Source of the DNA: an uncultured cyanobacterium
Lineage (GTDB): Bacteria; Cyanobacteriota; Cyanobacteriia; Cyanobacteriales; CAWCAG01
Assembly (NCBI GenBank): GCA_963803805.1
Contig: CAWDOD010000011.1
Span: 64,001-128,000 of the forward strand
Reading direction: 5' to 3'
DNA: 64,000 nt
Shown here: positions 31,487 to 41,276 of the stretch, piece by piece
How positions within the stretch are numbered: the first letter of the stretch is position 1
Layout of the letters: each line of letters opens with the position of its first letter
The notes under the pieces: model-generated
The model's database searches: none
The model's input: the letters and a program-made list of their open reading frames with translations, nothing else
Told to the model about the DNA's origin: nothing
Position numbers and translations under genes: made by a program

Positions 31487-34400
31487 ATGAAGCTTAGCTT
31501 AAAGTTGACCCGTACTTTTATTATTATTTGTATTGCTATTATCTTTGTTGCCTTGGGGAGTTCGATTTTATTCACTACCTTCACCCAAGATAGGCAAGAG
31601 AATAAGTTAAATCCTCCCCCAGTCGAACTTACTCAAAAATGGCAGTATCGACTAGGAGATTCTCCTGTGAATGAGGATGAAATTCCCATTTGGACTTTGG
31701 AAAAGGACTCTATTTCCCTCTGGCAAGCCTTTGAGGTTCCTGGCAAGTTGAAGATTAATCCAGGAGAAAAATTTGTTTGGTTACGAACTACCTTGCCAGA
31801 GCAAACCTGGCCTTATCCTGGTCTTTATATTCGCGGTATTCCTAACTTATTGCAGACTTATATTGAGGAGAGGTTGAGCTATATTTATTATGAATTAAAT
31901 CAAGATAGCAATTTACAGCTTAAGGAAGAAAAATGGCCTGTTGTTCCTGTTGGAGATGATTTTCAAAATAAGTCTCTCTTTTTTAAGGTTTATGTCGGCA
32001 ATCGCCAAACCCTCAAAGTTGGTTTCTTTGGCAGTACTCTAATTGGCTCCCAACCAGAATTAGTTAAGAGGTTTGTTAACCAAAGTTTAGGCAAGCTAAT
32101 TCTCGGCTGTCTATTTGTTTTTTGTGGTTTTGTACCTTTACTATTTGCTTTAGTTAAAACGACAGAATCTCTCTATTTATCTTTCGGTGTTTTAACTTTT
32201 GTCATTGGTATTTATACAATTTCTGGATCAGAATTAGCTCGCTTTTTGGTTTACCATCCCTCGCTATGGTCATTTCTCCATTATACTAGCTTTCATCTTA
32301 TACCTTGCATTGTTATTGTCTTTTTTGAGCAGGTTTTCGGTTCGGGCTATAAAAATATTATTCGCAAATTATGGCAGATTCAGCTAGCTTATACAGCTTG
32401 CGTATTAGTTTTAGCTAGTAGCGGTTTGGTGGCTTGGTATTATACTTTTTACCCAACGCAGATTTTGGGTATTGTTAGTGCCTTGGTTTTGATTTTTACA
32501 GCTTTAAAAACCCAAGATAGAGACAGTATAGAAGTAAATTTATTTACCACTGGTTTCACAATATTTTTAATCACTGTTATTCATGATATTTTAAGCTATG
32601 TTTTCTTGTCTTTCCCTTGGTATTTAACTATCTATCCTTGGGGAATGTTTGTTTTTATCATCTTCTTAGCCTTCATTTTAGAAAGACGTTTCACAGAGGC
32701 AAAAAAACAACTACAAAAGTATGCTGTAGAAATGGAAGTAAAAAATACAGCTTTGCAGCGTTTAGACAAGCTTAAAGATGATTTCTTAGCTAACACTTCC
32801 CACGAACTAAGAACACCCCTTAATGGCATTATTGGCCTAGCTGAATCTTTAGTAGATGGAGTAACAGGGAAACTTCCTAATCAAACTTTATTTAACCTCT
32901 CACTAATTATTTCTAGTGGCAAAAGACTTACTCAACTAGTTAATGATTTACTTGATTTTTCTAGATTAAAACATCAAAACATTCAATTACAACTTAAAAA
33001 TATTGGTATGCGGGAGATCGCCGAAATAATATTAACAATTTCCCGCAGTTTGGTTGGAGACAAGGACATCAAGTTGATTAATAAAATTTCTCCTGATCTA
33101 CCCCTAGTTATTGCTGATGAAAATCGAGTTCAACAAATTCTTTTTAACTTAGTTGGTAATGCTATTAAGTTTACTGAATCTGGGACAGTAGAGATTAAAG
33201 CTAAAGTTACTGAGCAACATTTATCCATAGCTGTTACTGATACAGGTATTGGTATACCAGCTAATAAATTAAACCGTATCTTCCAGCCTTTTGAGCAAGC
33301 TAACGGCTCAATTTCTAGGCAGTATGGTGGTACAGGTTTAGGTTTAGCTGTAACTAAGCAATTAGTGGAACTTCACCAGGGTGAGATTAAAGTTAGATCA
33401 GTTTTAGGAGAAGGTTCTCGCTTTATTTTCACCCTTCCCCTAGCTACAGAAGTAGAAGAGAAAGATACTCCTCAAGATGAATTTGATAGTTCTCAAGACT
33501 TGTCTCCAATTAGTGGTTTAGTTGTTCATAATAATGAAGAAGACGCAATTGAATCAGAAATTATTGTTAAACCCAATCAAGGACAATTTAAAGTCTTAAT
33601 TGTTGATGACGAACAGGTTAATCGTCAAGTTCTAACCAATCATCTTTCTCTTCATAATTATGCAATTACTCAAGTTGTTAATGGGGAAGAAACCCTTGAT
33701 TTAATTAATCAAGGCTTCAAGCCAGATATCATTTTACTTGATGTTATGATGCCCAAAATTACTGGATACGAAGTATGCCAGCAAATTCGTCAAACTTACT
33801 CCGCAGCAGAGTTGCCAATTATTTTATTGACTGCTAAAAATCAAGTCTCTGATTTGGTAGAAGGCTTTTTATATGGGGCTAACGACTATATGGCTAAGCC
33901 TATTTCTAAAAATGAGTTATTAGCAAGAATGAAAACTCATATTCAGCTTGCAAAAATTAATGTTGCTACTAGTCGTTTTGTACCTCACGAGTTTTTGGAA
34001 TTTTTAGGTAAAGAGAGTATTTCTGATGTTAAATTAGGGGATCAAGTTCAGCAAGAGATGACTATTCTTTTTTCTGATATTCGTTCTTTTACCACTATCT
34101 CAGAAAGAATGTCTCCGAAAGAAAACTTTGACTTCCTCAATGCCTATTTAAGTAAAGTTGGGCCAGTTATTCGTAATCATCAAGGCTTTATTGATAAATA
34201 TATTGGCGATGCGATTATGGCCCTATTTCCTGAAAGCAGCGATGATGCTTTACAAGCAGCTATGGCGATGCAAAAACAGGTGGAGGTTTACAACGAAGAA
34301 AGTATTAGCAAAGGCTATCCTCGCATTAATATTGGCATCGGTTTACATTCTGGAACTTTGATGTTAGGAACTATTGGCGAACAAGAACGAATGGAAAGTA

Positions 34401-34798
34401 CAGTGATTTCTGATGCTGTTAATTTAGCTTCTCGCTTAGAAGGATTAACTAAGAGTTACGGCGCTAGTTTATTGGTTTCAGAACATACTATTTTCAACCT
34501 TGAAGAACCTGAAAAATATGCCAGCAGATTTTTAGGCAGGGTAAGGGTAAAAGGCAAAAGGGAACCAGTGGGGGTGTTTGAAATTTATGAAGCAGATCCT
34601 GAAGCTCTTAAGGAATTTAAAACTAAAACTCGTGCTAGTTTTGAACAAGCAGTTATTTTTTATTACCAAGAACAATTTGCTCAAGCTTGGTACGCTTTTA
34701 AGGAATTATTACAAGAAAACGTCCAAGATCGGGTTTTACAAGCCTACGTTAAGCGTTGTGAGAAAATTTTGCGCCACAAGGGGGAGGAAACTTTTTAA
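31487..34798 (+). CDS. Membrane hybrid sensor: extracytoplasmic domain + 7TM + HisKA/HATPase + receiver + class III adenylate cyclase
   Basis: FLANTSHELRTPLNG, NAIKFT, DTGIG, GTGLGL; LIVDD..LLDVMMP; FSDIRSFT, DKYIGDAIMA, TVISDAVNLASRLE. Confidence 0.93.
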   Translation: MKLSLKLTRTFIIICIAIIFVALGSSILFTTFTQDRQENKLNPPPVELTQKWQYRLGDSPVNEDEIPIWTLEKDSISLWQAFEVPGKLKINPGEKFVWLRTTLPEQTWPYPGLYIRGIPNLLQTYIEERLSYIYYELNQDSNLQLKEEKWPVVPVGDDFQNKSLFFKVYVGNRQTLKVGFFGSTLIGSQPELVKRFVNQSLGKLILGCLFVFCGFVPLLFALVKTTESLYLSFGVLTFVIGIYTISGSELARFLVYHPSLWSFLHYTSFHLIPCIVIVFFEQVFGSGYKNIIRKLWQIQLAYTACVLVLASSGLVAWYYTFYPTQILGIVSALVLIFTALKTQDRDSIEVNLFTTGFTIFLITVIHDILSYVFLSFPWYLTIYPWGMFVFIIFLAFILERRFTEAKKQLQKYAVEMEVKNTALQRLDKLKDDFLANTSHELRTPLNGIIGLAESLVDGVTGKLPNQTLFNLSLIISSGKRLTQLVNDLLDFSRLKHQNIQLQLKNIGMREIAEIILTISRSLVGDKDIKLINKISPDLPLVIADENRVQQILFNLVGNAIKFTESGTVEIKAKVTEQHLSIAVTDTGIGIPANKLNRIFQPFEQANGSISRQYGGTGLGLAVTKQLVELHQGEIKVRSVLGEGSRFIFTLPLATEVEEKDTPQDEFDSSQDLSPISGLVVHNNEEDAIESEIIVKPNQGQFKVLIVDDEQVNRQVLTNHLSLHNYAITQVVNGEETLDLINQGFKPDIILLDVMMPKITGYEVCQQIRQTYSAAELPIILLTAKNQVSDLVEGFLYGANDYMAKPISKNELLARMKTHIQLAKINVATSRFVPHEFLEFLGKESISDVKLGDQVQQEMTILFSDIRSFTTISERMSPKENFDFLNAYLSKVGPVIRNHQGFIDKYIGDAIMALFPESSDDALQAAMAMQKQVEVYNEESISKGYPRINIGIGLHSGTLMLGTIGEQERMESTVISDAVNLASRLEGLTKSYGASLLVSEHTIFNLEEPEKYASRFLGRVRVKGKREPVGVFEIYEADPEALKEFKTKTRASFEQAVIFYYQEQFAQAWYAFKELLQENVQDRVLQAYVKRCEKILRHKGEETF

Positions 34799-34857
34799 GT
34801 AATTAAGTGGAAAACTAGCGAAAGGAGAAATATTAAGATTCCTTGTCTTAAGGGAAT

Positions 34858-34894
34858 TATGAAAAGATTATGAGATTATGAGATAATTATGAAA
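34858..34894 (+). promoter_or_regulatory. Two tandem ManR-type boxes (TATGA-N6-TATGA) upstream of mntC
   Basis: TATGAAAAGATTATGAGA (34858-34875) and TATGAGATAATTATGAAA (34877-34894). Confidence 0.7.
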
Positions 34895-34925
34895 GACAGA
34901 ATTATTTGCATAAAATTTAGTCTTC

Positions 34926-35912
34926 ATGGCAAAACCTTTATTTTTAAAAGGGTGGATATTAATCTCTGGGATAGTTTTAACTTTGTGCTTAGCAGGTTGT
35001 AATGCTTCTAGGGAGATAACTTCTCCATCAACTGAGTCTGATCGTTCTGGAGTAGCTACAGATCAAGGCACAGATACTCAAGGAAAAAAGGAAGTAGTTA
35101 CTACCTTTACTATCCTTGCAGATATGGCTCGTAATGTAGCTGGAGATAAGCTACAAGTAGATTCTATCACTCGCATCGGAGCAGAAATTCACGGTTATGA
35201 ACCAACCCCTAGTGACATCATCAAAGCTGAAAATGCAGACTTGATTCTCTACAATGGTATGGATTTGGAGAGGTGGTTTGAACAGTTTTACAATAATTTA
35301 GATGATGTGCCTTCGGTACTTCTTACAGAAGGAATAGAAGCAATGCCCATTGCGGAAGGGCCTTATGAAGATAAGCCGAATCCTCATGCTTGGATGTCTC
35401 CACAAAACGCTTTAATCTATGTAGAAAATATTCGCAAGGCCTTTGTAGAAATTGATCCTGACAATGCAGCTACTTACAATGCTAATGCAGCAGCCTATAG
35501 TGAAAAGCTGAAGGACATTGACAAAAAACTGCAAAGAAATTTAGACCGTTTGCAGTCAAACCAGCGTTATTTAGTCAGTTGCGAGGGGGCATTTTCTTAC
35601 CTTGCCAGGGATTATGAACTCGAAGAGATTTATATGTGGCCTATTAACGCCGAACAACAGTCTACTCCAAAGCAGATTCAAGGGGTGATTGAAAAAGTTA
35701 AAGAGAATTCTATTCCTACAGTGTTCTGTGAAAGTACCGTTAGTAGTAAAAGCCAAGAAGAAGTTGCTAAGGAAACTGGGGCAAGGTTTGGAGGCAATCT
35801 TTATGTTGATTCTCTCTCTACTAAAGATGGCCCTGTACCCACTTTTCTCGACTTATTAGAATATGATGCCCAAACTATTACAAATGGGCTTTTGGTTAGT
35901 GATGCCTTGTGA
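34926..35912 (+). CDS. mntC: Mn ABC transporter substrate-binding lipoprotein
   Basis: Lipobox LAGC, EIHGYEPTP, NPHAWMSP, CEGAFSY, LYVDSL. Confidence 0.92.
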   Translation: MAKPLFLKGWILISGIVLTLCLAGCNASREITSPSTESDRSGVATDQGTDTQGKKEVVTTFTILADMARNVAGDKLQVDSITRIGAEIHGYEPTPSDIIKAENADLILYNGMDLERWFEQFYNNLDDVPSVLLTEGIEAMPIAEGPYEDKPNPHAWMSPQNALIYVENIRKAFVEIDPDNAATYNANAAAYSEKLKDIDKKLQRNLDRLQSNQRYLVSCEGAFSYLARDYELEEIYMWPINAEQQSTPKQIQGVIEKVKENSIPTVFCESTVSSKSQEEVAKETGARFGGNLYVDSLSTKDGPVPTFLDLLEYDAQTITNGLLVSDAL

Positions 35913-36017
35913 TAATAGCAAACAGTGAGGGAGGGTTCTGTTAAATCTCTATTGTTATCTGCAATCTCTGACATCAGACTGATAAATCTTTAATGTTCAA
36001 TGTTTAATGTTAATGAT

Positions 36018-36785
36018 ATGACTCAAACTTTAGGAATAACTGTTAATAATCTTAGTATCACTTATAACAATGCCCGTCTTGCTCTTTATGATACTAGTTG
36101 CTATATTCAACCGGGTACAATTACTGGCTTAGTAGGACCTAATGGCGGTGGTAAATCCACTTTGTTTAAGGCCATTATGGGCTTTTTAGAACCTAATCAA
36201 GGGTGCATTAGAGTTGAGGGTTTGCCCATTGCTAAAGCACAGAAGAAACAAATGATGGCTTATGTTCCTCAAGCTGATGAGGTGGATTGGAACTTTCCGG
36301 TAAGTGTCTCAGATGTTGTGATGATGGGGCGCTACGGCTATATGAATATTTTACGCATTCCCCAAGTTAAGGATCGCCGTTTAGTACAAGAAAGTTTGGC
36401 ACGAGTAGGAATGACAGAGTTTCGTGATCGCCAAATTGGAGAACTTTCTGGGGGACAGAAGAAACGGGCTTTTTTAGCTAGGGCATTAGCCCAAGAAAGT
36501 AGGATTATGTTGTTAGATGAACCTTTTACTGGGGTAGATATCAACACCGAAAAAAGCATCATTGATTTATTGCTACAATTGCGAGATGCAGGACATACTA
36601 TTTTAGTTTCTACCCATGATTTGGCCTCAATTTCTACCTTTTGCGATCGCGTCATTTTGCTTAACCAAACTATCCTTGCTGCTGGTACAACAGAAGAAGT
36701 TTTTACTAAAGATAATTTAGCTATGACTTTCGGCGGTTTGCCTACAACCAGCATTAGGGATCGTCTTAAATGTCAAGAAGAATAG
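36018..36785 (+). CDS. mntA: Mn ABC transporter ATP-binding protein
   Basis: GPNGGGKST, LSGGQKKR, LLDEP, STHD. Confidence 0.9.
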   Translation: MTQTLGITVNNLSITYNNARLALYDTSCYIQPGTITGLVGPNGGGKSTLFKAIMGFLEPNQGCIRVEGLPIAKAQKKQMMAYVPQADEVDWNFPVSVSDVVMMGRYGYMNILRIPQVKDRRLVQESLARVGMTEFRDRQIGELSGGQKKRAFLARALAQESRIMLLDEPFTGVDINTEKSIIDLLLQLRDAGHTILVSTHDLASISTFCDRVILLNQTILAAGTTEEVFTKDNLAMTFGGLPTTSIRDRLKCQEE

Positions 36786-36845
36786 GGAAAGTTGAAATTA
36801 TTGAGTTACGACAATAAGATTATTTGATTGAATTGTAACTCTTTA

Positions 36846-36870
36846 AAAACTTGCTCTTTGAGCAAGTTTT
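36846..36870. terminator. Bidirectional Rho-independent terminator after mntA
   Basis: AAAACTTGCTC-TTT-GAGCAAGTTTT. Confidence 0.75.
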
Positions 36871-36972
36871 GGTTCATTATTCACCATGTAAAATAATAAA
36901 TAAAGGTAATAATACATCACTTTTTAAGTAAGTGCAGTATGGTTAACTAATTATGAACATAGGCTGAAGAAA

Positions 36973-38124
36973 CTAACCCATAACCATTAATAATTTCTCA
37001 ATCTCTTCGGGTAAAGTGAAATAATGAACACAGGCGCGAATACAATCAGGATCGGCAATAGTTCTGAGTAGGAAACCTTGCTTTTCTAACTCTTGAACAA
37101 AGGTTTGATGAGATTTCCCCTCTGTGATCTCGAAAGAAACTAAACCTGCTTCGGGAGGGAAATTAGACAAACATCTTACTCCTTTTATTTTCCTTAAGCC
37201 TTCCCAAAGATACTTACTTAACTCACAGATTTTCTCATGACGTTTTTGAGGAGTTCCCCAAGTAGAATGAATGGCGATCGCCTCTTGTAAGCCAAGATAC
37301 TGAGGATAGGCAGAAGTTGCCACCTCATAACGCTGCCCATCGTTTTTCCAACCTGTGGGTTGTCCCTTTTGATCAACCTCTACCCCCCGCCAACCGATGA
37401 AGGTAGGAGCAAGGCTAGATTGAGTTTCTGGACGTACATACAGCCCTCCCACACCCTGGGGGCCACACAGCCATTTATGTCCTGTGAAGGCATAAAAATC
37501 TGCTTCTAACTCCGTTAAATTTAAGGGCAAACAACCCACAGATTGGGCAGCATCAACCAAAACCCTCACTGGTTTTTCCCCTGGATAGTTATGGCAAAGT
37601 TGAACAATTTCTTTCAAAGGTAAAACCTGCCCTGTATTCCATAACAAATGGCTTAATACCACTAAACGGGTTTTCGGAGTTAAATATTGGGCAATTAATT
37701 CTGTAGGATTACCTTCATTAAGGGTTGCCATGAGGGGAAAAACAACCATTTCCACCCCAAAACGGCGACAAATTTCTTGCACTGCTGCAATCACCCCAGG
37801 ATGTTCACAATCGCTAATCACAATGCCGTCCCCTGGTTGCCAATCTAAACCCCAAAGGGCAATATTACAACCTGCTGTCACATTTTCTGTTAAGGTAATT
37901 GCCTCTAGCGGTGAATTCAATTCAGTAGCGATCGCCTCTCTAGTTGCCGTAACTTGTTCTTTAATCCAACCATTAATCTTGATACCAAAAGGCCCTTCTT
38001 GATCGATATATTCATAGCCCCTGATAATTGTCCGAAAAGCGGTTTTAGGCAGGGGCCCCTGTCCCCCAAAATTAAAGTAAACTTTATTAGCAAGGGCAGG
38101 AAAGTTTTGTCGATATTGTTCCAT
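36973..38124 (-). CDS. PLP-dependent class V aminotransferase, cysteine/cystine lyase (C-DES-like)
   Basis: YFNFGGQGP, SHLLWNTG, DAAQSVG, FTGHKW; start set at MEQYRQ (the longer ORF runs through heptamer repeats). Confidence 0.88.
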   Translation of the reverse strand: MEQYRQNFPALANKVYFNFGGQGPLPKTAFRTIIRGYEYIDQEGPFGIKINGWIKEQVTATREAIATELNSPLEAITLTENVTAGCNIALWGLDWQPGDGIVISDCEHPGVIAAVQEICRRFGVEMVVFPLMATLNEGNPTELIAQYLTPKTRLVVLSHLLWNTGQVLPLKEIVQLCHNYPGEKPVRVLVDAAQSVGCLPLNLTELEADFYAFTGHKWLCGPQGVGGLYVRPETQSSLAPTFIGWRGVEVDQKGQPTGWKNDGQRYEVATSAYPQYLGLQEAIAIHSTWGTPQKRHEKICELSKYLWEGLRKIKGVRCLSNFPPEAGLVSFEITEGKSHQTFVQELEKQGFLLRTIADPDCIRACVHYFTLPEEIEKLLMVMG

Positions 38125-38230
38125 GAAAGAATAAGTAATAAGTGATAAGTAATTAACTAATAAACTAATAAGTAACAATATTATTGCAAAGGCGCTCTCT
38201 CCACCAGCCCCACTACCCCTACTTCCCCAG

Positions 38231-39472
38231 ATGCTCCCACTGCCACTCATCTTAACCATACTACTCGCCTTCTACGTCGCTTGGAACTTGGGGGCTAACG
38301 ATGTCGCTAATTCCATGGGAACCTCCGTTGGTTCCAAAGCCCTTACCTTAACCCAAGCCATTATCATTGCTGGGGTGCTAGAGTTTACTGGTGCAGTGCT
38401 TTTTGGTCAAAAAGTATCTGCTACCTTAGCTACAGAAGTAGCCAATCCTGAACTTTTTGCTGCAAACCCCCAAGTATTTTTAGTGGGGATGATTTCTGTG
38501 TTGATCGCCGTGGGAACCTGGCTGCAAATCGCCACTAGCAAAGGTTTACCCGTCGCCACATCCCATGCTGTAGTGGGTGCGATCGCCGGGTTTAGTTGGT
38601 TAGCTGTAGGAGTTGATGCTATAGCTTGGAGAAGCATTGGTATTATTAGCCTTGCTTGGGTTATTACCCCGGTGGTTAGTGGTATTGTTGCTGCTTTGTT
38701 CTACAGCATAATTAAGCAAGGCATATTAGATCACGATGATTCTTTAGCTGCCCTAGAAGAATGGATTCCTTGGTTGAGTGCCATTCTTCTAACAGTATTT
38801 GGTGTCATTGTTTTACCAAGTTTGTTCGATCAACCAATATTTACCTCCCTGCCATTACCAACCCATGATTTTTCTCTAGCAACAGGGGCGATCGCCGCAT
38901 TGGGGCTAAGTTTATTTAGCTGGGATAGTTTAGCTAAATTGCGAGTTCAAAAGCAGGACAACTTAGTAGAAAAGCAACTTGGTAAATTCCAGGTTTTAAG
39001 CGCCTGTTTCGTTGCCTTTGCCCATGGTTCCAACGATGTTGGCAATGCGATCGCCCCTTTAGCAGTGATCGCCTATATTTTTAAAACCAATACTGTTCCC
39101 ATCAACAACCTAGACGTACCGGAGTGGATTCTTATTCTAGGGGGCTTAGGCATCGTCGCCGGGTTAGCCATACAGGGTAAAAATGTCATTACTACCGTGG
39201 GTGAAGATATTATCCCTTTACAACCAAGTAGTGGGTTTTGCGCTGAGATTGCCACGGCTGCTACCATTTTAGTAGCTTCTCGCTTAGGTTTACCGGTATC
39301 TACTTCCCATGCCCTGGTAGGTGGTGTTGTTGGTATTGGTTTATTACAAAACTGGCGTAAAGTTCGTTTCCAAACTCTCAAATCTGTAGCTTTTGCTTGG
39401 TTGTTCACTCTTCCTTTTTCAGGTATTTTGGCAGCTATTTGCTTTGTAATTTTACGTTATTTCTTTTTATAA
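38231..39472 (+). CDS. PiT-family inorganic phosphate transporter
   Basis: GANDVANSMGT and HGSNDVGNAI signatures, LPVSTSH. Confidence 0.93.
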   Translation: MLPLPLILTILLAFYVAWNLGANDVANSMGTSVGSKALTLTQAIIIAGVLEFTGAVLFGQKVSATLATEVANPELFAANPQVFLVGMISVLIAVGTWLQIATSKGLPVATSHAVVGAIAGFSWLAVGVDAIAWRSIGIISLAWVITPVVSGIVAALFYSIIKQGILDHDDSLAALEEWIPWLSAILLTVFGVIVLPSLFDQPIFTSLPLPTHDFSLATGAIAALGLSLFSWDSLAKLRVQKQDNLVEKQLGKFQVLSACFVAFAHGSNDVGNAIAPLAVIAYIFKTNTVPINNLDVPEWILILGGLGIVAGLAIQGKNVITTVGEDIIPLQPSSGFCAEIATAATILVASRLGLPVSTSHALVGGVVGIGLLQNWRKVRFQTLKSVAFAWLFTLPFSGILAAICFVILRYFFL

Positions 39473-39563
39473 AATCTGGCATAAGTACAAATAAACCAAT
39501 TACTCTTTCCTATTCCCTCTTAAGAAACAACAGGGGAAGAAGAATAACCAGCTTTACAGCTTA

Positions 39564-40145
39564 TTAACAACACCATTGCTGAATAAACCAATCAATAACT
39601 AAACAAAGCTTTTCCTCTTGCGGTTCATAATACTTTTCGGTTGTAGCGAGGGGAAAAAAGTAACCGATTGAGTATAAAAACACTTCCAAATCCCGCTCTA
39701 AATCATCAATCTGGAAGACATATTTTTTCATACCTTCTTGTAATATTCCTAACACATTATTCCTTACCAACTTACCTTGTTCTTGCTGTAGTTTTGGTTG
39801 AAGTTGCATCACAGCCCTCGCCAATTCAGCAGAGTGAGATCCCCCTAGTCGTTCTTCTTGTACAGCCCGAAAGCGGTTGATTAGATAGTCCTTAAGTTTC
39901 TCGTCGGCAGGTTTGGATGAGTTTAAGATCCCCTCAGTAGCTGCTAAATGTTGTTGGGCATAAGCTTCAACAGTGGCAATGAGAATCTCGTTTTTATTCT
40001 TGAAGTATAGATACAAAGTCCCTACAGCAATACCAGCATCTTTGGCAATTTCTTTCATTGTCGTTTTCTGAACACCGTAGTGGTAAAGACGCTGTTTTGC
40101 TGCTTGCAAGATAGCTTCTCGCTTGGCGGCATCAAGTTTTTGCAT
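39564..40145 (-). CDS. TetR/AcrR-family regulator
   Basis: TTMKEIAKDAGIAVGTLYLYFKNK HTH; start set at MQKLD. Confidence 0.92.
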   Translation of the reverse strand: MQKLDAAKREAILQAAKQRLYHYGVQKTTMKEIAKDAGIAVGTLYLYFKNKNEILIATVEAYAQQHLAATEGILNSSKPADEKLKDYLINRFRAVQEERLGGSHSAELARAVMQLQPKLQQEQGKLVRNNVLGILQEGMKKYVFQIDDLERDLEVFLYSIGYFFPLATTEKYYEPQEEKLCLVIDWFIQQWCC

Positions 40146-40152
40146 AGATTGG

Positions 40153-41069
40153 TTAAAGTTTTTTTCGCAGTTTAACTTTAATGCCATATTTCGGACGCAA
40201 AGTAAATCTGGGGTCTATTTCTATTGGTTGTTGAGGAACTAATTCTATGGCAAAACGTTGAGCGATCGCCGCGAGAATAATTGTTGCTTCCATGACAGCA
40301 AAGCTTTTACCAATACAGATATGTTCCCCTCCACCAAAAGGGAAGTAAGCAAACTTTGGCCTACTATTAACTTCATTAGGTAAAAAGCGCTCTGGATCAA
40401 ATTTATCTGGATTTGGCCAAAATTCAGGATGCCGGAAAATCAAACAATGGGCAATATTAAAAATTGTTCCTTTGGGAACGAAATAACCCTCAATCTCATC
40501 ATCCTCCCTTGCTATTCTGGGTTGTCCTAAACCGGGAGGATAAAGGCGCAAAGATTCATCAAAGACTCGCCGCTAATATCTAAGCTAAACAAAGTAAAAC
40601 TAACAATCTTTAAGGTCAATCGCATCATCTCAGCAGCAATATCTATAACTGTCTCATCAGGCTTTTCTGCCCATTCTTGCAGCAAAGATTCTGTGGAATT
40701 AACCATTGTCGAACTCAATTTAGCAATCTGCTTTTGATGGAAAGCCGGTTGCATTAAACGCCGATGCTGCAACCAAAATTCCCCTTCTGTGGTAAAAATC
40801 CCTTGACCAACTACTAAACTCATCGGCTTTTTAAAGACATCTGGCTTGCTGTATAGTTTCTGATGAGTAGAAAGTATATGTTCAGCATGGTTAGGATGGG
40901 CAGCTATGTAAAGAGTTAAACCAGGCATAGCCTGCAAGCGTACCAAGTCCCCATATTTTCGCCAAATACTGTTAAGGTATTCCAAAGGTTGATATTGAAA
41001 TTTTTGGGAAAGCTGAAATACTTGGTATCCTGATGGCCCTGGGGGTAATTGATGCTGAGTTTTTAACAT
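40153..41069 (-). pseudogene. Cytochrome P450 with a large out-of-frame internal deletion
   Basis: N-part LPPGP, W.QHRRLMQPAF; C-part ESLRLYPP (ExxR), FDPERF, FPFGGGEHICIG (heme Cys); F-J helices incl. I-helix absent; junction ~40564-40568. Confidence 0.85.
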
Positions 41070-41079
41070 AATGATTCAA

Positions 41080-41113
41080 AATGAATAATGAACAAAATAA
41101 TACATTATTCATT
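41080..41113. promoter_or_regulatory. Palindromic operator, probably bound by the TetR protein
   Basis: AATGAATAATG-N12-CATTATTCATT perfect 11-bp inverted repeat, 11 nt upstream of the P450 ATG. Confidence 0.65.
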
Positions 41114-41216
41114 CTCGCAATATTATTATAAATTTTGCAACTGACAGGCGACCCAATTTAAACTCTGATTTGCAGATAATGTTTAGACAACTTGCCATTG
41201 TTATTAGGCATCATTG

Positions 41217-41242
41217 ATAACTCATAACTCATAACTCATAAC
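41217..41242. repeat. Heptamer tandem repeat (ATAACTC)n, STRR-like; similar tracts at ~811-831, 38131-38175, 57860-57889, 60546-60570
   Basis: ataactc ataactc ataactc ataac. Confidence 0.7.
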
Positions 41243-41276
41243 TGTAGGGCTTGCCCTTGTCGGAGACATCATTGAT

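Noticed and set aside
38125-38259. N-terminal extension of the class V aminotransferase overlapping the PiT gene
   Set aside because: Translates heptamer repeats; family similarity starts at MEQYRQ
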